Source of the DNA: Phoronis australis
Taxonomy: Eukaryota > Animalia > Phoronida
Assembly (NCBI GenBank): GCA_002633005.1
Contig: NMRA01000542.1
Location: 124,001 to 188,000, forward strand
DNA length: 64,000 nt
Direction of reading: 5' to 3'
A program made the translations under genes and the position numbers. Below the pieces are notes generated by a model. The model made no database searches and had not been told where the DNA came from. It saw only the letters and a program-made list of their open reading frames with translations. Below are positions 27,001 to 38,972 of the stretch, piece after piece. The stretch's first letter is position 1. Each line of letters begins with the position of its first letter.

Positions 27001-30000
27001 TTCGAATTATGGACAGCCTAATAGATGGTACATGGGCTCTTACGGCAGCGGAGATGGTGAGAAAAAACAATAGAGTATCTTAAAGTGACCTAAACACCCG
27101 ATAAAGTCTTCTCTATTGAGCTTTTTATAGGTTGGGGAGCAAGCTAGTGGATGGCACCATTACAGTTCTACAACATATAGTTCACGAGAAGAAATGGAAA
27201 CTAAAGTATGTCTGTTTTCTTAAAGGAGTCAGGTAGACTTGAAAATTTCTTTCATGAAGAACCTGTTGATCGATAACAGGGCTACCGTGAGTTTTAATTC
27301 AGGTGTTTTGTGCAGTGGGCCTAACCATGAGACCTGGGCACGTCTGATGCACTGCAAAGACATCAGACCACCTGTACTTTTGTCCCCTATACCGAATTGA
27401 GATTAAAAGAAGAACAGGATGATTCTGAAATGGGAGCGTGAAGAAAACATTAGACTGCTGCGAGACCTCCTTACTGAGCAAGGTTCTTACCCTCAAAATG
27501 TAGATCCGCACCACTGTTCGTTGGCATGTGACTGCTGAAAGCATTGACCAGCGCTACTAGTGTCGCGTAATCACTAATTAAACGTTATTTCAGTAATTTT
27601 GGGGCTTCCCCGGTGTGTAACGTGACGGTTCATTCGCCACTGTCAACGTTGTTTATTTTTTATTACTCCACTGTCACGTTGTTTGTTTGTTAGTTACTCA
27701 GTATCTATGAAAGTTTGAGCCTGTTGTTTTATTGTGTTCTCACAACGATGAGCAGTATTGTAACCCAGTACTGCTTGTGTCGCTTTTATGAAAAGTGGCT
27801 TAAAACTTTTAAGGCTTTTCTTGTCTTAAAATACTATGCTATTTCTTAAATCAGGGGTGGATCCAGGATTTTGAGTTGGGGGGGCAAGACACAGGAATAA
27901 CCAGAATTTCGGCAGATGCGCGTGCCCAGCCTAAAATGTAGGGATGCAGGGGTCTCGATATTTTGGGTTTGCGTACCTTTTGACTAAAATAAAAAACGGT
28001 AAAGGGGGTTTGTTCAAGGCTTTTATTCACCCCCCCAGCCCCCTTGNGCCACTGTAAATCACATTTCACGAAATAGATCATTCGTTTTTCACGTTTGTTT
28101 TTGGCCAAGATTGTTTATTGTCTCTAAACCATTCTCACGACAAAAGTTCACAATATTCACTACTTACACACTTAGGTGGCGCTACAAAAGTGATTGTTGT
28201 GCATAGTTGTTTAGGACACAATACCTCGTTTTAACATCATTTTTTACATTGCTCAACGTGAAAGCGTGCGTGTTGCAAACATGCAGAACCATTGTAGTTT
28301 GGACACAACACCTCGTTCTCAAGCATAATGGCGAATTCGTGCTTGTAGAGAATTCCACTCAGGTGATACAGATGGAGATCAGACTGTATAGGTACACGTC
28401 AAAATGCATTCTGAGGGGACAGACCAGAAATCAAAACAGTTGGAGCTCAAACGAACCAATGATTGATTCCTGGTCTCTCCCGTTACAATACATTATTATA
28501 CATACCTGTACAGTCTGTTCTCCACCAGTGTTTCCTAATTGGAATATTGTAAACATTTGTCTTGAGAATGTTTTAGAGCCAATAAATCGAAATGTTGATT
28601 AATACAATGTCGTTCTGTACATATACGTTGATTTTAAAGTTCCCGGACCATTGGTTTCCTTAACAAAAGTTATCCCACTACACAGCATTTTGTCGGTAAC
28701 TTATCGTGTTGTGGTGTTTTATAGATGATGAAAACGATAACCTGTTTATGTTTTACTGGAACTCCAAGTCGAAGTGGCAAGTACTTCCCGATGTAAATAT
28801 TCAACAGGTTAGACTGGATTTACTGCAGCTGGATCTTAAAGAACCTCTAAAAAGGTATCATTCTCGATATTGTTTTGTTCAGAGTTAGATCTCTGCTACA
28901 ACCATTAAACATTCTTGCTACATACACTCGTAAAACCTAGTTTGAAGAATTTTATGTGCGGCATGAATTTTAGCAAGTTATGCAAAAGAACTGCAGAGCT
29001 GAGATTAACGAAAATGCGACCAACCTTGTAAGGAAAAGGAGTTTATGTAACTATGAGTAAAATTGAAGGTTGTTACTTCGTGGATAAACCACTGAATGCT
29101 CAAACATTACGTTTTTAAAACAAAACGCGAGTACGAGTATTTTTTACAAAAAATGCAGCTTTAATTATTCCTCTGGTATATAACTTCGTCGACGTGTGGT
29201 AAAATGGTGTAAAACAGTTTTTGCAGGAACATTCTGTTGTGCTGTGACTGAGAAGCAAGAGTAAATTTCCATTGTTACGAGTCGTAATCATTGATTACAT
29301 AACGCACAGGCCAGTATTCAGAATTGACTCGGCTAAAATGGGATAAGATCATTAACTGCTGGGCTTCTCTAATTAACCGGACTGTGCCTTGTGCCGTGTT
29401 TCTACATTACCAGTCTTCCTGCTGACAAACAGTCGTTATGCTGTCACACTATGTCTTTAAAAGGTTTGTGGTCGTGCGAACAACTACGACGGTGAGCAGG
29501 ACAGAGGCTAAAGCGATCGTACACGAACTGGAGTCTTACTTGGATAAGCGAACAGTGAAGGTCATGCTGAAGCAAAGGCAAGTCTATAATACAGGGTGTC
29601 CCAAAAGTAATGGCAATCTAGTTTGAATACGCAAGCATTGCAATTGGGCGCATGAGTATTCGTGAAAATGATATAGGATTTTTTCTGTCATTTCTGAGCT
29701 CTGAAAAATATGTTGGAAAACATGAATTTTCATGAATTTCAAAATAAATAAAGTGACCCAAAGGGCGTTTTGCCCATTTCTCTCAACTGAAAACATGCAA
29801 CGAATATCGCGTAGTGAAATGAAGGAAGTAGTATGAATGAAAGCGACCGTCAATTTATTATGACTGCTTTAAAAAAGTTAAAACAAATTAATGTCGGAAA
29901 TGTCCATCACCACCACCAGCCACGCGATACGTCGCCTGGGATCGCATTTGAATCCATGCTTTCCTCCTTATCTGAACATTGTCTTCTTTGTAAATTGGCC

Positions 30001-33000
30001 CTAAGACTAAAATAAATAGGCCTAGTTTAAAATTTTCTTGATATTTTTAATATTTGATATGCAAACATAAACGCTTTGATGGCTTGTAAAACTGGCCTGG
30101 TACTGACGTTGTGAGGTATCGATGGACAAAGCATGATCGTAGTTCTCTAGAAAATTGCATTACAACCAAGTGGAGAAGGATGACAAATCTGGCAACCACT
30201 GTAGGACCATCTCATGCTAATGTCTCAAGCTCATTTATTTAATTATGGTTAAAATTACGCATTTGCATAAACAAATGTGAGCATTTATTATCGCTTATTT
30301 AGAATACGCGCACTCCATATAGGGAATGTGGGCAAATCCTCTTAGAATGTGAACCACCATTCTAAAGTGCATACAAATTACACCTGTTTGGCATTCATAT
30401 TTTTAGAACTAGTAAGTATACTAAATCAATACTAATCGTTACCTGTAACTTTTACGGAAATAATGTGTAAGTGATTTTGATTTGCGAGCATTACTTTTTG
30501 GAAACCTAGTATAGTGATACAGAAGGTCGAAAACAGTACATTAGACTGTTAGTATCGTTGGCGGAGCAGGACAGGTGGGCCATGGCCTCTAGTTCATTGA
30601 AAAGGGACTCCAGTCGCGGCATTCCTTCCTCGCGGTCACAAAATTACCGTTTTGAAAGTTTGGTGGTGGGGTAGCCTACTATTCTAAGAAACGCTACTCT
30701 TGATGTCAACACTTGCCTAATAAAATTAAATATTCTTCTGAAGTGTTTATTTTGAGTTTCTCTTGGCATCACGAAATGCTTCCATTCTTTAAACGGTAAA
30801 GACGCTGCCCGTCCGATATCCGTGTGGTGTTCAAAAGAAAATCATTAACCCTGTCGAGTTTTTGACAGTTTTAGACTTCTTATGCACAATTTCTCCAATT
30901 TTCAGTTCCGAAAATATGTCTGATGTGGTCATTCACTGCGTCCCACGTGGTCGCGTGGACCGGCTAATGGAATCACTCCGCGAGGACGGATACGACCAAG
31001 GTCCCGCGCCAAGTGCTGACCTTTCGCTGCACGAGGGAGACGTCCTAAAAATGAGTTTCCGTGGAAACTTGAAGAGTGATGATTCACCGCTACAATTTGT
31101 GTTTAATTCTCATCTAAAATCTTCTATTAAATTCTCAGTTGAAGAAACTGATAAATATCTGCAAAAAAGCTTTCCCATGTACCGTGGCTTCGTACAGGTT
31201 TTTGGCTCTCCTCAAGTCAGCACAGATAGTGTTAAGGAGGCAAGATTCCTCTGTGATCTGCTAGTGAGCATACCAAAGGTAGGTGGCTGGCGCTAATGTG
31301 AAACCGATTCAGTTAAACCTATCGGTTAAACGGTATAATGAAATTAAGTTCACAATTACATAAGTAGTCTATGATACCAAAAATTAATACAAATTTAAGT
31401 TTTTACCCTCTGGACATAATTTTCTTTACAAAAAGAGAACTGGAAATAGCATGGTTTCAATTTGCTATATTCTCATACAGACGAGTCCAATGAAGACTCT
31501 TAAAATGAGAAACGGGAAGGAGATGCTAGTTCAAATTCCGGAGTCGTGCCGCTCAAAAGGGTAACTTTTCACGACTAGTTTCAATTCGAAAGGGTGCCTT
31601 TTTTACAAATTCCTCAAAAATGGTGCCTTTTCTGACAAAATTCCTTAAAAAAGGGTCTACCATGGGTGTTCTTAACTCTTACTTTTTCAAACTTCACAAA
31701 CCAATTATATACACGAGTTTTTTTAATATTATCTGTATTTTTGAATCTTTGGTTGCACAAAAAGACTTGACGTACGTTTCTTCCCGGTTGCACTCCTTCA
31801 ATTTCACATGTCTAAGAACCCCTACGTAAACATGCGCGCACCCAGCCTAAAATATAGGGGGGGCTCGAACTTTTCAATGCGCGTACCTTTTACTGAAAAA
31901 AATCAACGAGGACTAAAAAAACGGGGCCACTAGGTTCAGGCCTACGAATTGTGCATCCGCGCCAAATTCCTGTAGACTTTGTGGACTTTTGTTTCGTTTA
32001 CTCGGACTTTTAGTTTAACTAAGGCGGACCTTTTTGCCCAATTCGCCAAATTGGGAGGCTCCTTCGAGCCCCCCCGGGTGCGCCCATGGTAAATGTGGTT
32101 TTCTGAAAAAAATATCTACGAAAGGTTGACCTTTCATGGAAACCCCTACAAACGTACCTCCTTTCATGGAAACCCCTACAAACGTACCTCCTCTCGAGTT
32201 CACCTTTAAATGTGTGGCTACCTTATTTGTTCCGAATATACTCCGGGCGTCAAAGTACCTGCAGCACCTGTCACAATTCGCTTGCCTGGGTGCGTCACCG
32301 AAAGCGACTCATATTAGTTAATTTATGAGAATGTTTTGGTCAGTCGGTAATCGAGTTACTGCGGGTTGTTGCAGAATCACGTCTTAACGCCGTCACCACC
32401 GATTAAAGCGCCGATCACCATCAAGTCGTGCGACTTGGTCAACGAGGATCTGGTGCGTCATCTCGCTGGAGAAATTGGAGATGAATGGCAGAAACTCGCT
32501 GCAGCTCTCAATGTGAAGAAAGTTCGTTTGCAGGCAATTCTGCGCAACAACGAACATTTGGAAAAGAAGAAAAGGGAAATCGAATCAAGGTTTGACATGA
32601 TGATGACGTGGGTGAAGAAAGTTCCGCGAGGTGTAGATAAGGTAATCTTGGGAGTTTAATAAACTACACGTAATGGTTGTTCAGTCAATTGAAACTCCAG
32701 TCGCACATATCTACGTTTTCGCACGTTCTATGACAACTTTCAGGATTCGAGAAGCACGTGCATGTCCAAGGAGAATCCCAAACTTTTTGAGCTGCGAACA
32801 CCTTTCGCAGCCAGGTGTTAGTACGCCTATACACTATTGCGAACTTGATTATCTCGTGGGTACTCGTCCCAGATGATTTTTGACGGCGTTGGAGAATAAG
32901 GAGCGCCAAAGGGTTCTTAAACGACGCGTAGTTTTGCAACGCGCTGATTTAGTTTTTAAGCGACGATCGTTCTGCTCTCATTCAACGGGCACCTTTGCTT

Positions 33001-33973
33001 AATTAACGCATAGTTTTACTAAATCAACGCGCACTGTTGCTTTTCAACGCGTACTTTTGTTTTAATCAGTTCATGTAGGCCAATCAGGCCCGTGCGCTCA
33101 AATCTGAAAATGGCGGAATATTTCAGTTCTACATGGGTGCAAGGCAACTTTTGAAGAATGTTGCTGATTCTTATAAAGTGACCACGTAAATGATAACGCC
33201 GTTAGGAACTGAATGTAATCTTGCCTTTGACTGGACACAACCAATAACTAATTTAGGGCGTTGTTTAAATAAAACTTCGCGTTGATTTAGCAAAAGTGCG
33301 CGTAAAATTTGAGCAGAACCATGATCGCTTAGGAACAACATTTCAAAGCGCACCAAAGTACTCGCTTAAGAACCCGTTGGCGCTTCATATTACTTAACAC
33401 ACGCATCTGCGTGCACTACTACTTCAAAATTGAATGACAACATTGCGTTAAAGTTAGACGTTTACTAGAGGTGTGCCACTCGATCAATCAAAATTCGAGT
33501 CGAGTTGTTGGGTCTTGATAGTCCTGAGCGCGAAAGCTGGAATATGATCACGTGGCGTTCTTCTCGGTTATTGAAATTACTAGGTTTCATCACCAGCTGT
33601 CACCTCCGTCTATTATAACAGGAAGATAACCCGAATATAATAGCATTTTCTTTGTCATCCCATATCATGTGAAAGCTCACTTTTTCCCACTGAACGTATA
33701 CAGGTATGGAATATACCCGTTTCCTCAATTTCTTAGAGATTAGGAACGAAAAAACAAAACAAATGAAGCACCCTTTCAGTAGTTTATGTATGAAGAATGC
33801 CTTAGTTTTCGTTTTTTAAAGATCTACTGTAAAAATGGCGCATTGTTTTTAAAACAAGCAGTGCACATTTTTTCCAGGTTTCTATACTGCGAAAGGCACT
33901 GAGGAAGTGTGAACGAATGGACCTTGTCGAAGAACTAGACGACCTCAACCGTGATTTTCTCAAGACGAAGTGA
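21050..33973 (+). CDS. DTHD1: Death domain-containing protein 1-like (acidic and coiled-coil N-terminus, ZU5/UPA-type region, C-terminal death domain), ~1049 aa
   Basis: 13 phase-consistent exons: 21050-21665, 23041-23231, 23538-23761, 24702-25185, 25359-25493, 26142-26324, 26582-26719, 26858-27056, 28725-28854, 29464-29577, 30906-31278, 32375-32641, 33878-33973 (3150 nt). Motifs include ELISCII and PVFVAVPH...REPVIK (ZU5-like) and LVRHLAGEIGDEWQKLAAALNV...MMMTWVK...LRKALRKCERMDLVEEL (death domain). Confidence 0.8.
27852..28054. mobile_element. MITE of the CAGGGG(C/T)GGATC family with 5-bp TSD
   Basis: Left end caggggtggatccagg, right end gccactg, TAAAT at 27847-27851 and 28055-28059. Its internal segment recurs at about 31834-31900. 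Confidence 0.7.
29592..30509. mobile_element. Tc1/mariner-type non-autonomous element (TA-flanked)
   Basis: TA|cagggtgtcccaaaagtaatg and cattactttttggaaacctag|TA form imperfect TIRs. Confidence 0.6.
32899..33387. mobile_element. TA-flanked MITE
   Basis: TIRs TA|aggagcgccaaagggttcttaaacga and tcgcttaagaacccgttggcgcttca|TA. Confidence 0.7.
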
Positions 33974-35246
33974 TGTGCACATTTAGATGTCACTTCCACC
34001 GCTCCATTTCTCGAAGGGTTTTGTGATAATTCTTCAGAAAATAACCGCACACATCACTGAATGTCTCCTAGTGACCAAGATCTAAAACACACTCACAGCG
34101 AAGACACATATCTCTTGACATGTGGATATAATCTACTGTTATGTTGAGGTCGTAATGGAGATAATGCGTGTCATATTTCAGTTAATGAAGACCATCGTTC
34201 TTGATTTAATCTGATTTTAAGCTTCGGTCGTTTTTGACCGGCGTTTTTGTTCATCCAATGTCCGTTCCTTAGTTCTTTGTATAAAAAAAACTCTCAGGTA
34301 AAGCTATCACATTTTTTGTAATTAGAAACAAGTGTTACCTACATATTGGGAGCAGAGATATTTTGATTTGGAAAACAAGACTGGGGTCAAATTCTTTACT
34401 AATTCGAAGGGATTTTTATAGAAAAAGTGCTTTACCAACCTGTTCGATTAATTGTGTGAGTCTACCATACACACACATAGACATATTTGTATGTAATTAT
34501 TTTCTTAGGTCAAAATAAATGACATGTACTACTAGTCTTCTTGATTCCTCTGCAAACTAGCCGTTGGTTGATGTGACAAAGTTATGCAGCTGAATTTAAC
34601 ATATATTCAAAAAAATAAATCATTAAGCCAGTGTGCAACCTTTATTTGGAAAAACAAACAAAACAATCTTATCAAACACTGCATTTCCCCTTCGAATGTA
34701 CAGAGCACAGGTAAATTTCACTCTAAAAAAATACAAACAAATACATACCGTTAAATGCATTAAAATCAAATCGTATTAAATAACCATTCCAAGTAGAAAA
34801 TTTCCCGAGAAAACAGTCGTTTAAAATGACATAATTGCATTATCTTGCACGAACTTAACCATTTTCGGATTCACATTAACAATTACCATAAAGGTTGAAA
34901 GTTAACATCTACAAAAAGTGACAAAGATTAGATAACCTTCTGGACCAATTAGTTTCATAAAGGTCTAACTTGGACTCGAGTTGTCACGATCAACATTGCC
35001 CCCACTGGAATCTAGTGATGTTACATTGATATAACGCGGAATGGAACACGGGATGAGACAAATATGAATTAGAGTAGTACTTTAATTTTCACTCTAAAGC
35101 ATTTATTAAACACCTGAATCAACAAAATTATAATGAATCCAGACTTTACCAATGAGTCACATAAAAGAAGTATTACAGCGAAGATCAGATTTATAACAAA
35201 TTAAATTTCAAGGAAGGGTTCAAAAATGAATAGGAATACGACTCCA

Positions 35247-35796
35247 GGGCCCGGTACCTAATGTCAGATTCGAACTCGAACTCAAGACTCGAAATCTCAT
35301 TTTTACTGCACTGGAGAAACTCGAAATCAGCAATAAGCGTGCCTAATGTCAGACCCGAATTTTCCATTCAAATTTTGGAGTAAAAATTTCATATTTTGCT
35401 ACGTTAGCGAACTTGAAATCACATTGGACATAAAAGTGGCCGACATGAGACAATGTCGGGAAAGGACAGCTGCCAAGATAAGGGGACCACTAGAAGATCA
35501 TGAAACCCCCTTCGAGAGCTCGAGTGGCGAGGACGGTTTCCGAAGATACTGTTTCCATGGCGATGCAATACCACATTAACACTTGGTTACCACCAATGTA
35601 TAAACTTCTTCTAACACTAAGTCTCATTGCCTCAACCTCTCATTACACCCTTGTCAGTGAAGCTATGAGGGTTGGCAAGTCCTCGGTCGGTCAAACAATC
35701 CGGCCAATTTGTCGTGCTTTCTCCAAGACCGCCCGCTATTTTGTAGTATTTCCTACCTCAGATGTCTGTGATGTAGACCGACTTGTCTTTTATTAA
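35247..35796 (+). pseudogene. PIF/Harbinger transposase remnant
   Basis: LLLTLSLIASTSHYTLVSEAMRVGKSSVGQTIRPICRAF...YFVVFP matches the Harbinger/HARBI1 HTH-region pattern (L.FLATG.Y..V...FGVSKSTV..I...C.A.....I.FP). An FRRY motif lies in another frame, and a GGGCCC-type terminus is at 35247. Confidence 0.65.
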
Positions 35797-37768
35797 AATA
35801 ACATTTGATCAAGGGGTTGACTCAATACAGGACTGTACTGCTTAAACTATGTAAGCTAAATCTAAAAACCTAGTTTGCCACCGAGTTTATAGGTTGCAAT
35901 CAAACAGTTGAGTTTTATGGTCCGACCATAGAGTCATTTGGTTTGGTCCTGGAGTTTACGGTAGTGGTGCTTCCACTACATTCTTTAGGTTCTGCCACCT
36001 TAGTTTAAGTGGTGCCGCCATGTGTTGTTTCCTGTCTTGTTGATTGACCACCATGTACGATCAATATTAAAAAAGAAATTATTAAGCAGCACATGCTCTT
36101 ATCCAATGATGATGCTGTTTGTTAATTGAACATAATGTGGTATTCAGTGACAATCAAGAAAATGTGTTTTTTATTTGAATTGTGCTCATAGTTCTTGATT
36201 ATTTGTTCAGTTTCGTTTCAAGAAAATGGCACAACAGATTATCCTGAACAACTGAAACTGTTCTCTCATAAAGCAACTCGTGAAAAAATGGAAAAATCAA
36301 AACAAGACAAGACAACTTTGTGAGTACATACTGCACAACTTCTTACCCATATTTGCATCCATGTTCATACAAGCCACCCCCCACCGAGACCCTGAGGGCT
36401 ACCCAAGTACATGCATGATGTCTGACTTGGGGCACAGCGCACTAAAGCAAGGTGAATACCTTAGAACGAATAATACCATTCCTGAAAAGCTTGCAACCCA
36501 GCCACACCATAGTCTACAGTAGACCCAGAGCTGTGGTTGCTGTACATGATGGGTCTCTCCACTGTGCCCAAACTACACCCAACTAGGAGACACTGCCATG
36601 GCTTTAACTACCTGCTGGTCTGCTCTCTCAGCTTGTACGGAACTTGCTTTGTCAAGTTGTTGCTGGCCATTTGGCTGTTTGGTGTACCCACTTGGTTCTT
36701 TATTAATTTGGCCATTAGGCAGTTTGTACCCATTTGGTACTTAGTATCAAATCAAATTTGCTGTTTTGCTTGACCCAATTGGTAGGCAATCCACCACTCA
36801 TTTGGTATTATATACCCATTTGGTACAACTTACTAACCTATGCCACTTAGTATTCAATACGCAATTACAAATTGGGTACCATATCTCTTATAATTTAGGT
36901 ACACATCTGGTACCTTCAATCAAATAATTCATAGTAGAGCCGTGACCCTGAGATTCCCAATACAACCTAAAATATATCTCCTTGAGCTGTTTTATTTGTC
37001 CCCAATAATTATACGGTCCACCAAAACAAGGGATATACCCCAATGCATTACCAAAACAAGTAAGACATTGCTTGGAGTTCTCAGTCCCAATGTTCAGACC
37101 CTCACTGTAATGCCACTTTTGTTTGTGAAATCTCAGTAATGGCCAACTTCCTCGCAATACATATCACACAACAGTCCAAAGTTTGCATGGACGGAATTTC
37201 AATACAAAACGACAAGAAATCACTCAAAATTGAGTATCAAGAATAACAAAAATACAATGACATGTCAGGGTTACCATTAAAATGTAAAAGTAAATTAACT
37301 TAATCTGTCGACTGACTGCCATTACACTCTAGTTGTTAAAGGCAGAGGCAACCTTTTCTCATGTCATTTTTTAAAAAAGGTTCGTTGATTATTTGACATA
37401 TTTTTCAATTAATTACAGCTTCTCGTAATTTAATCAATTACTCGTCGCCTACTCCGGAAGTAAAGTTTAGGGAGTCAAGAATTACGTGTCAATTTGGTTC
37501 AGCGTTTGAGTTTACTGAGTGTGAGGATCTGGGCTACTTTTGTTTTCGTGCTGTTTTTCTAAAATTGACGTCACCACTTTCCATTGATGAGTATTTTATG
37601 ACAAGCTAGATTGTTAGAGATCTCAATTATATTGGATTTAGGGATTGTTTAGTTTGTAGTAACCTGAAAATGGCTGGAGTCAGCGACCCATATCACAGTG
37701 ACCGTAGTGATGTGACATGGGTGGCGCAGCACTGAAAAAAGTGTGGGGCTATAGCCCCCCAACCTCCA

Positions 37769-38293
37769 ATGGAGCACCACCCACGCGTGAGTGACGGAGA
37801 CATTGTTTATAGCAATGGTGACAAGGATTTTTTTCACGGACAGTCCGTGGGTGGGTATATGTTTGAACCAGAGTGTAATGAGGCAGAGTACACAAAAGCA
37901 CAGGCAGCTGTTGAGAGGAGAGATGTGGTGGGACTACTCAACATGGCTGCAGGGCTGCTTACAGGTTCTGGGCCAGAGACAACAGCACAGGGCAAATCAC
38001 TGCTAGTTCCCAGAATTGCACGCTCTGGGGTACATTCGGAGACACGAGTGACAGTAGATGAAGTGCCTCCAGTCACTGTAGAGGCCACAACTCGCGAGGC
38101 TTCTCGCTTCAAAAACGCACTTCTCGGGGGTGGCGATGGGGCATTGCCAGGAATCAATAGCAACGGTATGGCACCCTTCACCAAAGACCTTCATCAATTC
38201 AGCGTACATATCTCTTTCGTAATCCGATGGCAGGAAATGCTTGCCACACACTCGGTAATTCTCCATTGTTTTGTTCGTTGTGTGGACGGATAA
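37769..38293 (+). pseudogene. Putative N-terminus of a Kolobok accessory (KolX-like) ORF, convergent with THAP
   Basis: GYMFEPE motif near the N-terminus, resembling the PY.FEP motif of Kolobok accessory/P2X7-ballast-like proteins. Orientation is convergent with the transposase. Confidence 0.4.
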
Positions 38294-38424
38294 CGCTGCA
38301 CCCTTTTCACAAACAAGCGAAGTACGGCGAAGTGTTTTTTCTTCGGAAAGCGATGTAATGGTACACCCACAGTGCGCGTGAGACGATAATGAGTACATCC
38401 CGATATGCAGCAACTGTGTGGCAT
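38150..38424 (-). pseudogene. THAP zinc-finger N-terminus of the Kolobok transposase (frameshifted and truncated)
   Basis: MPHSCCISGC...LHRFPK in one frame and YRVCGKHFLPSDYERD in another give the C2CH THAP signature. Confidence 0.8.
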
Positions 38425-38972
38425 GTTGACTGACTCGTAAACAAAAGTAAACGATGGCCGAACTTTTCACAACAGAGGTAGAACAATGACTGACTCGACA
38501 GCTCACACAGTCAGACTATATGAAAACTAATGGCGCGAAATTCTTGACTACCTAAACGTCACTTTCAGAGTAGGCAATGAGTAATTAATTAAATAACGAA
38601 AAGCTGTAATTAACTGAAAAATATGTCTGGGATAATCAACGAACCTTATTTTTACTGAAAATGACATGAAAAGGTTGCCTTTGCCTTTAAAGCCCAATGA
38701 CTAATGCATTTGCATGACACCAATATCTTCCAATGCCAGGTGTCGTCAAATTCCAAAGTTTGAATACATGAGACATGAACGATTAACATTAGTTTCATCT
38801 CATCTGACATAAAATAAAATATCTAAAACAGAAAAAACATAATAGAAAATCTAAAAAATAAGACAATGCACAGCATTGCATTTCGGATATAAAACTGTCC
38901 ATTCCCTCCGTCATCTGTTATTTAAACTTGCAATCACAAGGATTACAATCATGAAAGGTTTCTATTCATACC

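Larger units (their letters stand above)
37340..38686. mobile_element. Internally deleted Kolobok DNA transposon (TTAA TSD, ~145-bp TIRs)
   Basis: TTAA|aggcagaggcaaccttt and aaaggttgcctttgcct|TTAA. TIR similarity extends over 37340-37483 and 38539-38686. The element holds THAP and KolX-like ORF fragments. Confidence 0.85.

Noticed and set aside
31476-31520. Hammerhead-like cagacgagtcc...gaaac
   Set aside because: The core is mutated (CAGA rather than CTGA) and the stems do not pair convincingly.
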